Notes: generated by a model from the sequence alone, not told the origin. Shown: positions 18,668-29,193, numbered from the stretch's first letter. The stretch is DNA of 64,000 bases from an uncultured Acidobacteriota bacterium (GCA_963786615.1 CAWAZT010000023.1:184118-248117); one strand, 5' to 3'. Numbers and translations: made by a program.

Positions 18668-19117
18668 ATGAAGGCTATGGCGATTAAGAACGTGTTCGTT
18701 CAGGAAGCTCATCAGCAACAGCAGGGCGGCAGCGTCGTACCTCGACGTCCGCTCCATTCCCGAATTCGAGATGGGCCATCCGGCCGGGGCCTTCAACATC
18801 CCGTTGCTGCATCTCGACGAGCGGACGCGGCAGATGCTGCCGAACGCGGAGTTCGTCGAGGTCGTCCGCGCGAATTTTCCCGTGGACGCATCCCTCCTCG
18901 TCGGATGTCAGGCAGGCGCCCGGTCGGTGCAGGCGTGTCAGCTCCTCGCCAACGCGGGCTACACGAACCTGGCGAACGTGCGGGGAGGGTTCGGCGGTTC
19001 GCACGATGGCGATCCCGGCTGGGTGCAATCCGCCCTGCCGGTCGAAACGGCAACGCCGCCCGGGCCGCGATTACGCGTCGCTGCGCGGCACGCGTCCGGG
19101 GAAGAGCTCACGCGTGA
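18668..19117 (+). CDS. single-domain rhodanese (sulfurtransferase), frameshift near 18725; 3' end uncertain
   Basis: MKAMAIKNVFVQEAHQQQQ, then one extra G, then AAASYLDVRSIPEFEMGHPAGAFNIPL...LLVGCQAGARS (active-site loop)...NVRGGFGG. Confidence 0.7.
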   Translation: MKAMAIKNVFVQEAHQQQQGGSVVPRRPLHSRIRDGPSGRGLQHPVAASRRADAADAAERGVRRGRPREFSRGRIPPRRMSGRRPVGAGVSAPRQRGLHEPGERAGRVRRFARWRSRLGAIRPAGRNGNAARAAITRRCAARVRGRAHA

Positions 19118-20141
19118 TCTCGAGGGCTTTTCATACCTGGGAACGTCGCCTCGCCTCCGCGGCCACGAACCGATCCGTCCGACCATTCGAGTGGGGACTG
19201 GACTGGCTGGCCGACCATCCGTCCATTCCCGAAACCGACGAGCGGTTTGATCCCGCAGGCCTTCTGCAAACGTGGGGCGAGCAGACCACGCAGGTCAGCG
19301 AGCGCTTTTACGACGTCACACCCGCCGACGACTACGCGCTCGTCGATGGCGTCCTGACGTTCACGAGCGCGGTTGACACGCCGCATCCCGACAACAATCT
19401 GGTGCGCGCGCGCTACTTCCCCGATCCATCCGAGCGCGGCCGGCGCCGCGCCGTCGTGGTGCTCCCGCAGTGGAATGCCAATGCCGAGGGGCACGTCGGG
19501 CTGTGCCGTCTGCTCAACCGCTTCGGGATCAGCGCGCTGCGCCTGAGCCTTCCCGTATCACGATGTCAGAATGCCGCCCGAGCTCTCGCGCGCGGACTAC
19601 ATCGTCAGCTCGAACATCGGACGAACGGCTCAAGTCTGCCGTCAGGCGGTCCTGGACGCGCGACGCGCAATTGCGTGGCTGCGCGAGGAGGGGTACACGT
19701 CGATCGGCATCCTTGGGACGAGCCTCGGCTCGTGTCTGGCGATGTTGACGACGGCACACGAGCCGCTGGTGCGTGCGGCGGCGCTGAACCACATCTCACC
19801 GTTTTTCGCGGATGTCGTCTGGGAGGGGCTGTCCACGGCGCACGTGAAGCAGAGTCTCGACGGCAACGTCACGCTCGACGAGCTGCGCAGGATGTGGCTG
19901 CCCGATCAGCCCGCTGCCGTTCATCGAGCGGGTCCGCGGCCGTCAGATTCTGCTCGTGTACGCGCGGTACGACCTGACGTTCCCGGTCCACCTGTCGCAG
20001 ATGCTCGTGAACGAGTTCCGGCGCCGCGAGATTCCGCACCGCCTCGCGGTTCTGCCGTGCGGGCACTACAGCACGGGTGTCACGCCATTCAAATGGATGG
20101 ATGGACTTGCGTTGTGCCGGTTCTTGAGTGGGGCGCTGTAG
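19114..20141 (+). CDS. alpha/beta hydrolase (ABHD18-like), 2 frameshifts (about 19555 and 19905)
   Basis: (V)ISRAFHTWERRLASAATNRSVRPFEWGLDWL...VVVLPQWNA...ALRLSLP / YHDVRMPPELSRADYIVSSNIGRT...ILGTSLGS (nucleophile elbow G-x-S-x-G)... / ...ILLVYARYDLTFP...LPCGHYS. Confidence 0.7.
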
Positions 20142-20156
20142 GAGCGGCAGGGACAG

Positions 20157-20360
20157 TTACAGGTATTTCATCAAGCCCTGAAGCGCGTCGTACAACACGC
20201 CGGCCAGGGCCTTCACGAGCGGCGACACCTCGCCCTGTGCGACGGCATCCGCGACCGTCACCGGCTGGGTCATGATCAGCCAGATCGTGGCAGCTGCCAG
20301 CGCCGCCGCGATCACCCCCACGACTCCGGCAAGACTGAGGCTGAGCCGGGCGAAGCTCAT
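20157..20360 (-). CDS. small membrane protein, hypothetical
   Basis: 67 aa with one clear TM helix (LAGVVGVIAAALAAATIWLIM). Confidence 0.4.
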   Translation of the reverse strand: MSFARLSLSLAGVVGVIAAALAAATIWLIMTQPVTVADAVAQGEVSPLVKALAGVLYDALQGLMKYL

Positions 20361-20435
20361 TGCGAAAGCCAGTGTACACCGGCGTGTCTGTGACTTGGAC
20401 GCGCAGATCAGCCGGGACGGTTCCGGCCGGACGCG

Positions 20436-21457
20436 TCAGACGTCGAGGACGATCTTCCCGAATTGGCCGCGGCCTTCCAGCCGGCGCTGCGCCTCGGCGG
20501 CCTCCGCCAGAGGCAGCACCGTGTCGATGACAGGCCGAAACGTGCCGTCGAAAAGCAGTTGCGCGGCTTCCTGCAGTTCGGCGAAACGCCCCATATATGA
20601 CCCGAGCAGCGACAACTGGCGGGCGAACAGGTGCCGGAGGTCGATCGCGGCGTCGGCGCCGGTCGTCGCACCGCAGGTGACGAGGCGTCCGCCGGTTGCG
20701 AGGCATCGCACGCTGCGGTCCCAGGTCGCTTCGCCGACGTGCTCGACCACGACGTCCACGCCGCGACCGTCGGTGAGCCGGCGAACGTCCGCGGAGAAAT
20801 CGCCCGCATAGTGATCGAGCACGTGGTCGGCGCCGAGCGCCCGCGTGCGATCGATCTTTTCGGCGAGCGGCGGTGGCCAGCACACGGACACCGAGATGGC
20901 GCGCGACCTGAATCGCGGCCTGGCCCACGCCGCTGCCGCCGGCAAGAACGAGAACGGTCTCGCCCGCCTGCAACGACGCGCGGGTCCGCAGCATGTGCCA
21001 CGCGGTCAGGAACGTGAGCGGGAACGCGGCCGCCGTCGATGAAGTCGACGTGGGCAGGAATCGGAATCAGGTTCTCGACGGGCACCGCGACGAGCTCGGC
21101 GTAGCCGCCGTCGGACTTCAGCCCCAGGACGTCGTAGGTCTCGCACTGATTGTCGCGACCGGCACGGCACGCCCCGCATGCGCCGCAACGCAGACCGGGC
21201 TGGAGCAGCACGCGGGTGCCGGGAGCGATCGGACCGCCGCCGGCGTCGATGACCTCGCCCGAGACATCACTGCCGGAAATATGGGGCAACGGCAGCGCGA
21301 CTCTCCGGATGCCGCGCCGCTCCCAGAGGTCGAGATGATTGAGCGCGCACGCGCGGACCCGCACGACCGCGCGACCGTTGCTCGCGACAGGGTCAGGCGC
21401 ATCCTCGTAGCGAAGAACCTCCGGGCCGCCGTGCTCGTGAAATCGAACAGCCTTCAC
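20436..21457 (-). CDS. NADPH:quinone oxidoreductase / zinc-type MDR, 2 frameshifts (about 21034 and 20880)
   Basis: MKAVRFHEHGGPEVLRYED...CALNHLDLW... / AAAFPLTFLTAWHMLRTRASLQAGETVLVLAGGSGVGQAAIQ / ...EKIDRTRALGADHV...GRLVTCGATTG...GKIVLDV*. Confidence 0.8.
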
Positions 21458-22824
21458 GTCATCGTGACCTCGGACACCGCGCCCAGATCGAGCGTCGCCG
21501 CCGAGGGAGACACCTTCTCGCGGTCGCCGATGATCACCGTGAGCAGGCGCGACGGATCGATGTCAGCCGCCGCGACGCGCATGATGTCGGCGGCGGTCAG
21601 CGCCAGCACCTTCGGCACGAAGGTCGTGAAGTAATCGTCGGGCAGCTGGTACAGCGCGAGCTGCGCGGCAGCGCGGCCGATCTGATCCGCGGTCTCGAAG
21701 TTGCGCGGGTAACCTCGGGTCAACGCGGCGCGACCGGTCTCGAGCTCCTCGTCCGTGACGGGCCGCTCGCCGCGGATGGCGCGAATCTCGGCGAACGCCT
21801 CACGAATGGCGTCCACCGTCGTCTCGGACTGCACGCTCGCCTGGAGGACGAACGGACCGGGCGCCCGTCGGAACTCGAAGGCCGTCCTGGCGCCGTAGGT
21901 GTAGCCCTTCTCCTCGCGCAGGTTCAGGTTGATCCGGCTGATGAACTGCCCGCCGAGGATCATGTTGAGTACCAGCGCCGCATGATAGTCGGGCGTCGAC
22001 CGCGGCAACGCGACGTGTCCGATCCGTAACTCGGATTGCGCGGCCGCCGGCCGATGCACGAGCGCTAGCCGGCTTGGCGGCGGCGCGGGTGATGCGAACG
22101 TCGAGGGATCCGGAGGAACGTCCACGTCGGGCGCCCCACGCCACCCGGAAAAGGCCCGTCGCACGGCGTCGGCCAGCGCCTCGTGCGACCCGTCGCCCAC
22201 GGCGATCAGCGTAGACCGCTCCGGCCTGAACGCGCGGCGGTGGAAACCGCTGATGTCGCGGACGCTCAGCGCCCGCAAGGCTCCTTCGGTCCCGATCGGC
22301 ATGTGGCCGTACGGATGTCCGCGGTACAGGAGCTGTGCGAACACGCGGTCGGCGACCGCCGGCGGCAGATCGCGAAGCTGCAGCAACCGATGCAGGCGCA
22401 GCTCCCGCACGCGATCCACTTCCCGCTGCTCGAAGCGCGGCCGCATCACCATGTCAGAAACGAGCTCGAGGCCGCGATCGAGAAATCGCTGCAGCGTCGT
22501 CAGGCCGATGACGGTGGCGTCGTGCCCGACGTCCGTCTCGAGCTGTGCGCCGATCCGGCCCAGCGCTTCGTGGACGTCGAGCGCCGAATGATCGCCGCAT
22601 CCTTCGTCGAGCATGTCCGCGGTGATCGCGGCAAGGCCCGGTCGATCACTCGGGTCGGCGGACGCGCCCGCGGGCACGACCAGGAGCACGCTGACGAGCG
22701 GCACGCGATGGTGCTCGACCGTCATCACACGAAGCCCGTTCTCGAGCGTCTGGCGAACGATCGTCGGGAAGCGGAAGGGGCGCTCGGGGCCGGGGACCGG
22801 CAGGCGGGATCGATCGGCGATCAT
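21454..22824 (-). CDS. M16 family peptidase, second (non-HxxEH) subunit-type protein
   Basis: Starts (V)MIADRSRLPVPGPERPFRFPTIVRQTLENGLRV at the GTG/ATG overlapping the upstream stop (GTGATGA). Insulinase fold blocks run through to ...GAVSEVTMT*. Confidence 0.8.
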   Translation of the reverse strand: MIADRSRLPVPGPERPFRFPTIVRQTLENGLRVMTVEHHRVPLVSVLLVVPAGASADPSDRPGLAAITADMLDEGCGDHSALDVHEALGRIGAQLETDVGHDATVIGLTTLQRFLDRGLELVSDMVMRPRFEQREVDRVRELRLHRLLQLRDLPPAVADRVFAQLLYRGHPYGHMPIGTEGALRALSVRDISGFHRRAFRPERSTLIAVGDGSHEALADAVRRAFSGWRGAPDVDVPPDPSTFASPAPPPSRLALVHRPAAAQSELRIGHVALPRSTPDYHAALVLNMILGGQFISRINLNLREEKGYTYGARTAFEFRRAPGPFVLQASVQSETTVDAIREAFAEIRAIRGERPVTDEELETGRAALTRGYPRNFETADQIGRAAAQLALYQLPDDYFTTFVPKVLALTAADIMRVAAADIDPSRLLTVIIGDREKVSPSAATLDLGAVSEVTMT

Positions 22825-24135
22825 CACGACACCGTCACCGGCCGCGAATTTTCGAGCGCGAGACCCAGACGGCCGCGAGGGACGACGCTGAGGACGACGC
22901 GCTGGCGAGGGAGGAGCCAGCGCGCGGCAGCGCTGCGAAGCGCTTCGCTCGTCGCGCCGCGGTACCGTTCCAGATCGCGTCCGAAGTACCCGGGATCGCC
23001 GAGGAAAATGTTGTAGGCGTTGAGCTGATCGGACTTGCCGCCGAAGCCGCCAATGGTCTGGAGGCGGAAGATGAAGTGCGACTCCGCCTGCGCCATGCAT
23101 CGCTCCATCTCGTCCCGTCGTCGGACCCCGTTCGATCATGGCTCCCAGCTCGCGTGCGATGGCGCGCTCGACCTCGGCGAGCATCCGGCCAGGAGCCGCC
23201 GTGGCCACGACCTGAAAGAAGCTTCCCGCTTCACGCGAGTTCTGCGAGGCGGCCACCTCCGTGGCAATCCGTTGCTCGTAGACCAGGGCTCGATACAGGC
23301 GCGACGTCTTGCCGTTCGCCAGCAGGTCGGCGACGAGATCGAGCTCGGCATCACCCTCACTGAACAGCGGCGGCGAATGCCAGGCGATGTAGAGACGCGG
23401 GAGCTCGACGCGATCCTCGAACACCAGCCGGATCTCGTTTTCCGGCGGCGTAACAGGCGACGGCGTCACGCGCGCCGGACGAGGCGCGCCGGGAATCTCA
23501 GCGAAGTAGCGCTCTGCCAGGCGCATCGCGACCTCGGGATCGACGTCGCCGGCGAGCGCGAGCGACGCGTTGCGCGGGTGATAGTAGCGCTGAAAGAACG
23601 CGCGGACCTCATCGATCCCCGCTGCACGGAGGTCTTCCGACGCGCCGATCGTCAGCCAGTGGTACGGGTGATCCGGAGGATAGAGGGCGGCGACGATCGC
23701 CATCCCGGCCATGCCGTAGGGCCTGTTCTCGTAGTTCTGACGGCGCTCGTTGAGCACGACGTCACGCTGATTCTCGAACTTCGCGTCGGTCAGCGCGGGC
23801 AGGAGGTAGCCCATCCGATCCGATTCCATCCACAACGCCAGGTCGAGCGCGTTGGTGGGCACGACCTCCCAGTAGTTCGTGCGGTCCGCGTTGGTCGAGC
23901 CGTTCAACGCGGCGCCAGCCTCCTGGAGCGGATGAAAGTAGCCGCGGTCGTAGTGCTGCGATCCCTCGAACATCAGGTGTTCGAAGAGATGCGCGAAGCC
24001 GGTCCGGCCGGGCACTTCGTTCTTGGATCCAACGTGATACCAGACGTTCACCGCCACGATCGGCACGCCGTGATCTTCGTGGACGAGGACGTCGAGGCCG
24101 TTCTCGAGCGTGTGTTTGATGAACGGAATGTCCAT
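22824..24135 (-). CDS. M16 family zinc peptidase (HxxEH), one frameshift near 23105
   Basis: MDIPFIKHTLENGLDVLV...GFAHLFEHLMFEGS. The C-terminus continues in ORF 22824-23108 (..MERCMAQAESHFIFRLQTIGGFGGKSDQLNAY...VTVS*). The 893-aa track ORF is a read-through artefact. Confidence 0.85.
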
Positions 24136-24145
24136 TGAGGAGCGG

Positions 24146-25991
24146 CTACCAGGCCACGACGGCGCGTTCGCGGCGGAGATCGGCGCCTCCCCGGAGACGT
24201 CCGCTGACGGGGTCGATTCCCGCCGCGACCACGCCGGTCGAGATGCCGTAAGGTGGCTTGACGCGCAGCACGTGACCGCGCTCTTCGAGCGCCTTCAAGA
24301 CGGCCTGACCGAGCGACGCCTCCGCCTCGAGCACGCCAGGCTGTGGACGATGATTGTCGAAGGAGCTGACGGGGTGCAGCGAGTTCACGCGGGGTGCTTC
24401 GATGGCCGCCTGCACGTCCATCCCGAAATCGATGATGTTGAGGAGCACGAGCAGGATTTGCTGATCCTGGCTGTCGCCCCCCGGCGTCCCGATGGCCAGG
24501 AACGGCTTGCCATCCTTCAGCACGATGGTCGGCGTCAGCGTGGTGCGGGGCCGTTTGCCGCCGGCGAGGACATTTGGGCTCGATGGCTCCAGGCTGAACG
24601 CCTGCATCCGGTTGCTCATCGGCACGCCGGTGCGCCCGGCCACGAAGGCCCCGCCCAGCAGCCATCCCGAGCTTGGTGTCGCCGAGAACAGGTTGCCGTC
24701 AGCGTCGGCCACCTGCACCGACGTCGTGTCGCCTACTTCCTTGGGTCGCTGGTCTCGGGTCCCGAGTCCCTGGTCCCTGGTCCCGAGTCCCTTGTCCGAC
24801 GTTCCTGATTCTTGCGTCAACGCCTTCGCATTGAGCGGATCACCGGGACGCTCCTCGAGGCTGGCGCGGCGCGGGATCGATCAGCGCACGACGCGCGCGC
24901 GCGTAGGGCTCCGACAGCAGCGCGTCGCCGGGCACCCGGACGAAGTCCGGATCCCCGTAGTAGCGATCGCGGTCAGCGTACGCGAGCTTGATGGCCTCGA
25001 CCGTCGTGTGAAGCGCGTCGACGGAACCCTGCCCCATCGCGTGGAGGTCGTATCCTTCCAGAATGCGCAGCGACTGCAGAAGGGCAGGCCCCTGATTCCA
25101 GAATCCGGTCTTGTAGACCGTATAGCCGCGGTACGGCACCGACAGCGGATCCTCAATCTTGCTGTGGTATGAGGCGAGATCTTCCTCAGTCATCACGCCG
25201 CCGGCTTCCTTCATGGCCGCGGCGATCGCCTGCGCGGTTGGCCCGAGATAGAACGCGTCGCGCCCGGCCTGGATCGCCTGTTCGCGCGTGGCGCCCGCGG
25301 CGCGAGCGTCGGCGTCGGCCTTCGACATCAGGCGCAGCGTCGCGGCGAGGTTCGGCTGGTGGAACATCTCGCCCACTGGCGTGATCCGGCCATTCGGATA
25401 GTACGTGCTCATCGTCCAGGCGTACGGCTCGCACGCCGGCCGCTCCGTCTCGAGATAGTGGTGCAGGAACTCGTACATCGGGAAGCCGTCCGCGAGGCGA
25501 ATCGCCGGCGCCAGCACGTCGGAGAGCGACCTGGTGCCGAAGCGCGCGAGAGCGACCGAGGCGGAGTCGACAGCCGCAGGCACGGTGGCGCCCAGCGGTC
25601 CGTTGCCGGGTATCGCGTCCTTGCCCGCAAACATGGCGGGCGTCGCGGCGCGTGGCGCCGGACCCTGCCCGTTGACGACCGTCACCTTTCGATCGCGTGC
25701 CGAATAGACAATGATTGGAGCCTCGCCGCCGAGACCGAAATGCGAGATCTCGACGACGGCGGCGGCGAAGATGGACGCAACGCCGGCATCGATGGCATTG
25801 CCGCCGGCGGCGAGCAGCTCAGCGCCGGCGTCGACCGTGAACGTTCGGCCGGCAGCGACCACCCCGTGTGACGCGCGGATCTCGCCGCGCACTTGCCTCG
25901 GCGCCGACGTCGCTGGCTCCTGCGCGAGCACGACGGCACCGGCCAGGATGACCGCGGCGGACGCGCGAGAAAGACCATGCGAAAGAATCAC
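24146..25991 (-). CDS. ggt: gamma-glutamyltransferase, one frameshift near 24870
   Basis: Signal peptide, then GGNAIDAGVA and the large-subunit blocks. ...RRALIDPA, then one extra C, then RASLEERPGDPLNAKALTQESGTS..., then the autoprocessing site GDTTSVQVADADGN and the small subunit ...GTPGGDSQDQ. Confidence 0.85.
24749..24790. repeat. 21-nt tandem duplication (x2) inside ggt encoding QGLGTRD QGLGTRD
   Basis: CTGGTCTCGGGTCCCGAGTCC / CTGGTCCCTGGTCCCGAGTCC. In frame, 8 codons upstream of the catalytic Thr. Confidence 0.8.
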
Positions 25992-26075
25992 AAGTGAATC
26001 CTATCGGCAATTTCGCTCATCGTAAACGGCAAACGCCGCGGCCCGCGTCATCGAACCGACGGTAGAGTCGCGATC

Positions 26076-27230
26076 ATGCCCCGTCGCATGTTGCTGCTGG
26101 TCGCGCTTGGTGAGCTGCTCGGGATGACCGTCTGGTTCTCAGCCACAGCCGCAGGTCCCGCTATCACTCAGGAGTTCGCACTCGGCACCTCGGCGCGCGC
26201 GTGGCTCACCATGGCAGTGCAGGCAGGCTTCGTGGCCGGCACGCTGGTGACCGCGCTCACCAACACGGCCGACGTCATCAACCCTCGACGCCTCTTTCTC
26301 GTGGGCGGCATTGCCGCCGCGGTCGTCAACGCCGCGCTCGCCGTCGTCACAACCGCCGCGGCCATCATCGTCCTCCGATTCTGCACGGGTGCGGCGCTCG
26401 CGTGGGTTTATCCGCCGGGCATGAAGATCATTGCGGGATGGTTTCGAGAGCGGCGTGGCGCAGCACTTGGTGTGGTGGTGGGTGCGCTCACACTCGGATC
26501 GGCGTTTCCTCACTTCCTGGCGTGGCTCGGTGCCGGCCTGCCGTGGCGCACGCTCGTATACGCGGCGTCGATCTGCGCGGCGGCCGGCGGATTCATCGTC
26601 GGCTTCTGGGTCAAGGACGGACCGCACGTGGCCGCCTCGGCTCCCTTCGACAGACATGCCTTGCGGCTCGTGCTGCGACATCGAGGCGTACGACTGGCGA
26701 CGCTCGGCTATCTCGGGCACATGTGGGAACTGTATGCGTCGTGGACATGGATTGCCGGCTTCGCCGCCGCGGCGCTCGCATATCAGGGTCCGTCGAGCCT
26801 CGGGTCTCTCGTCGCGTTCGTCATGATCGCCAGCGGCGCGATCGGATGCGTCGTCGCCGGACTGTGGGCCGACACGTGGGGCAAGGCTCGGATTGCCGGC
26901 GCCGCCATGGTCGTCAGCGCGTCGTGCGCGCTGCTCTCCCCGCTCGCCTTTCGTACCTCGCTTGCAGGGTTGATCGCGTTCGCGGTCGTCTGGGGATTCA
27001 GCGTGGTGGCCGACTCCGCGCAGTTCTCAGCCCTCGTCGCCGAGCACAGCCCGCGGACGCACGTCGGCACTGCGCTGACACTTCAGGTCAGCGCAGGCTT
27101 TCTCTTGACGATGGTGAGCATGCGGATCGTGCCGGAGATCGCCGCGGGCCTCGGCTGGCGCATGGCGTTCCTGATCCTCGCACCCGGACCGATTTTGGGG
27201 ACGTGGGCGATGCAGAAACTCGAAAGGTAG
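26076..27230 (+). CDS. MFS transporter
   Basis: Intact 384-aa ORF with about 12 hydrophobic helices and the loop motif GWFRERRGAALG between TM2 and TM3. Confidence 0.8.
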   Translation: MPRRMLLLVALGELLGMTVWFSATAAGPAITQEFALGTSARAWLTMAVQAGFVAGTLVTALTNTADVINPRRLFLVGGIAAAVVNAALAVVTTAAAIIVLRFCTGAALAWVYPPGMKIIAGWFRERRGAALGVVVGALTLGSAFPHFLAWLGAGLPWRTLVYAASICAAAGGFIVGFWVKDGPHVAASAPFDRHALRLVLRHRGVRLATLGYLGHMWELYASWTWIAGFAAAALAYQGPSSLGSLVAFVMIASGAIGCVVAGLWADTWGKARIAGAAMVVSASCALLSPLAFRTSLAGLIAFAVVWGFSVVADSAQFSALVAEHSPRTHVGTALTLQVSAGFLLTMVSMRIVPEIAAGLGWRMAFLILAPGPILGTWAMQKLER

Positions 27231-27244
27231 AAGGACGCCTTTTA

Positions 27245-28340
27245 CCTTACACGCTTCAGCTACCTGTACTGGCATCAGCGGAATCGCCGTCTTCTTGTAG
27301 CTCGCGATCGAGATCTGCGCCGCGAGCTGTTCGGCGGCCGTTCGGAAGCTTTGTGCGGCGGGGGACTTCGGCTCGCCGACCACGATCGGGACGCCGGTGT
27401 CGCCGCCCAGGCGGATCGGCTCGTAGATCGGAATGCGACCGAGAAATGGAATCCCCATGTCCGCGGCGAGCGCCTCGCCTCCGCCTTTGCCGAAAATGTC
27501 ACTCTCCGTCCGGCACGTCGGGCACACGAAGTGGCTCATGTTCTCGATCAACCCGAGCGGCGGCACGTTCAACTTCTGATACATCCGAATGGCCCGGCGG
27601 GTATCGGCCAGCGACACGGTCTGTGGCGTCGTGACGACCACCGCGCCGGCAACGGGTACGCTCTGGCTCAGGCTGAGCGCCACGTCGCCCGTGCCCGGCG
27701 GCAGATCGACGATCAGGTAGTCGACGTTCTTCCACGCGACCTCGCGAAAGAACTGCTGGACGACGCCGTGCAGCATCGGACCGCGCCAGATGACGGCGGA
27801 ATCGTCCTGCGTGAGAAACGCCATCGAGACGAGCTGCAGCCCGTATTGTTCCGCCGGCACGATCTTCTGCCCGTCGGTCGTCAGCTGCGTCTGGATGCCC
27901 AGCATGATCGGAACGTTCGGTCCGTAGACGTCGCCGTCGATTATCGCGACCCGCGCGCCGGTCTGGCTGAGGGCGATCGCCAGGTTCACGGCCACCGTCG
28001 TCTTTCCCACGCCCCCCTTTCCTGCTCCAACGGCAATCACATTCCGCACGCCGGGTACGGGAACTTTGTTCAAATCGGATCCGACGGCCGAGCGGACCTG
28101 CGCCGTCATCTGGACGTCCACCGACGTGACGCCCGGAAGCGCGGCTACCAGGCTGTGCGCCTGATCACGCATCTGATCCTTCACCGGACAGGCCGGGGTC
28201 GTCAGCTCGATGGTGAACGACACACGTCCGCCGTCGATGCGCACGTCCTTGACGAACTTCAACGAGACGATGTCCTTGTGGAGGTCGGGATCGCGCACCG
28301 CCCGGAGGGCATCGAGCACACTTGCTTCGGAAATAGCCAT
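27245..28340 (-). CDS. Mrp/NBP35 (ApbC-like) iron-sulfur cluster carrier ATPase with N-terminal DUF59 domain
   Basis: MAISEASVLDALRAVRDPDLHKDIVSL..., deviant Walker A GKGGVGKTT, and CPTC. The true stop was probably lost near 27250: the in-frame ORF runs on to 27027, 200 nt into the convergent MFS gene, while both other frames stop at once. Confidence 0.85.
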
Positions 28341-28377
28341 CACGTCACCTGTATTGCTGCGGTCAACAGACGTCTTG

Positions 28378-28719
28378 TCAGATGCGCTCTGCGGCGATTG
28401 GGCCGACAATGGGCAGCTTGAATTCTTCCCCCTGGTAGGCCTTGAACATCATCAGCAGCCAGATGACCGCCGACCCGGGAATGATGATGAGCACGCCGAT
28501 CAGGAAGCCCAGGAACGGCACCGCGTTGAGCAGCACCCAGAGCAGCGTGATCGCACCAAAGGCCAGCACCGACTGGAGCGCGTGAAATCGCACGAACCGG
28601 TTGTCTTTCTCGAGGACGAGGACCACGATGCCGCTCACGAACCCGAGGAGATAGCTCAACGCCGCCGCGAGGTTCGCGTCCAGTCCGATCGACGTCTTCT
28701 CGGTGTGCTGGGGCGACAT
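28378..28719 (-). CDS. DUF4870 family membrane protein
   Basis: MSPQHTEKTSIGLDANLAAALSYLLGFVSGIVVLVLEKDNRFVRFHALQS... Its start overlaps the upstream stop (TGATG). Confidence 0.7.
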   Translation of the reverse strand: MSPQHTEKTSIGLDANLAAALSYLLGFVSGIVVLVLEKDNRFVRFHALQSVLAFGAITLLWVLLNAVPFLGFLIGVLIIIPGSAVIWLLMMFKAYQGEEFKLPIVGPIAAERI

Positions 28720-29093
28720 CAGGCGGTCGAGGGCTCGAACAGCGCGCGGGATTCGTTGTGCAGCAGCACCCAGAACGCGTAGATCGCCAGCGCCGTTCCG
28801 AACGGCAGCACGAACAGGTTCAGCAGCGCGAGGCCGAGGGCGAGCGTTCGTCCCAGAGCGCGATGTGCGCGAATGGCCCGGCCGACCCAGACGTTCACCC
28901 ACCCGGCCACGACCAGCGCGGTCGCAAAGATCCCGAACAGCAGCGCGGTAAATCCCGCGGTCAGCGGATCCGTGCTCGTTCGCGCGATCGCGGCCGCGCC
29001 GCCGGCGAGCAGGAGCAGCGAGCTCGCCAGCAACAGCCCCATTCCGCCCCAGGCGAGCTGGAGAATGCCGAGGAGATGAACATGAGCGCGCAC
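28719..29093 (-). CDS. integral membrane protein, hypothetical
   Basis: 124 aa with four hydrophobic helices. Translationally coupled to the DUF4870 gene. Confidence 0.55.
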   Translation of the reverse strand: MRAHVHLLGILQLAWGGMGLLLASSLLLLAGGAAAIARTSTDPLTAGFTALLFGIFATALVVAGWVNVWVGRAIRAHRALGRTLALGLALLNLFVLPFGTALAIYAFWVLLHNESRALFEPSTA

Positions 29094-29114
29094 GGGACTC
29101 TGGCGATTCTATCA

Positions 29115-29193
29115 GGGCCACGGACGACGCGGAGGACGAGGGCCGCGGAACGACGCGGACACCGAAGAATTTCAGGGCCGCGGACCACGCGGA
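29115..29193. repeat. three copies of GGGCC(A/G)CGGA(C/A).ACGCGGA (dispersed 9-mer repeat family, locus A)
   Basis: Copies at 29115-29133, 29140-29159 and 29175-29193, in the intergenic gap between the J-domain gene and the membrane-protein gene. Confidence 0.6.

Noticed and set aside
18455-18799. 114-aa minus-strand Pro-rich ORF between the amidase and the rhodanese
   Set aside because: Its 5' third is antisense to the reconstructed rhodanese N-terminus and its 3' end overlaps the amidase tail. The remaining part of about 64 aa is low-complexity (P/D/E-rich) with no SD. It may be non-coding, so I left it unannotated.
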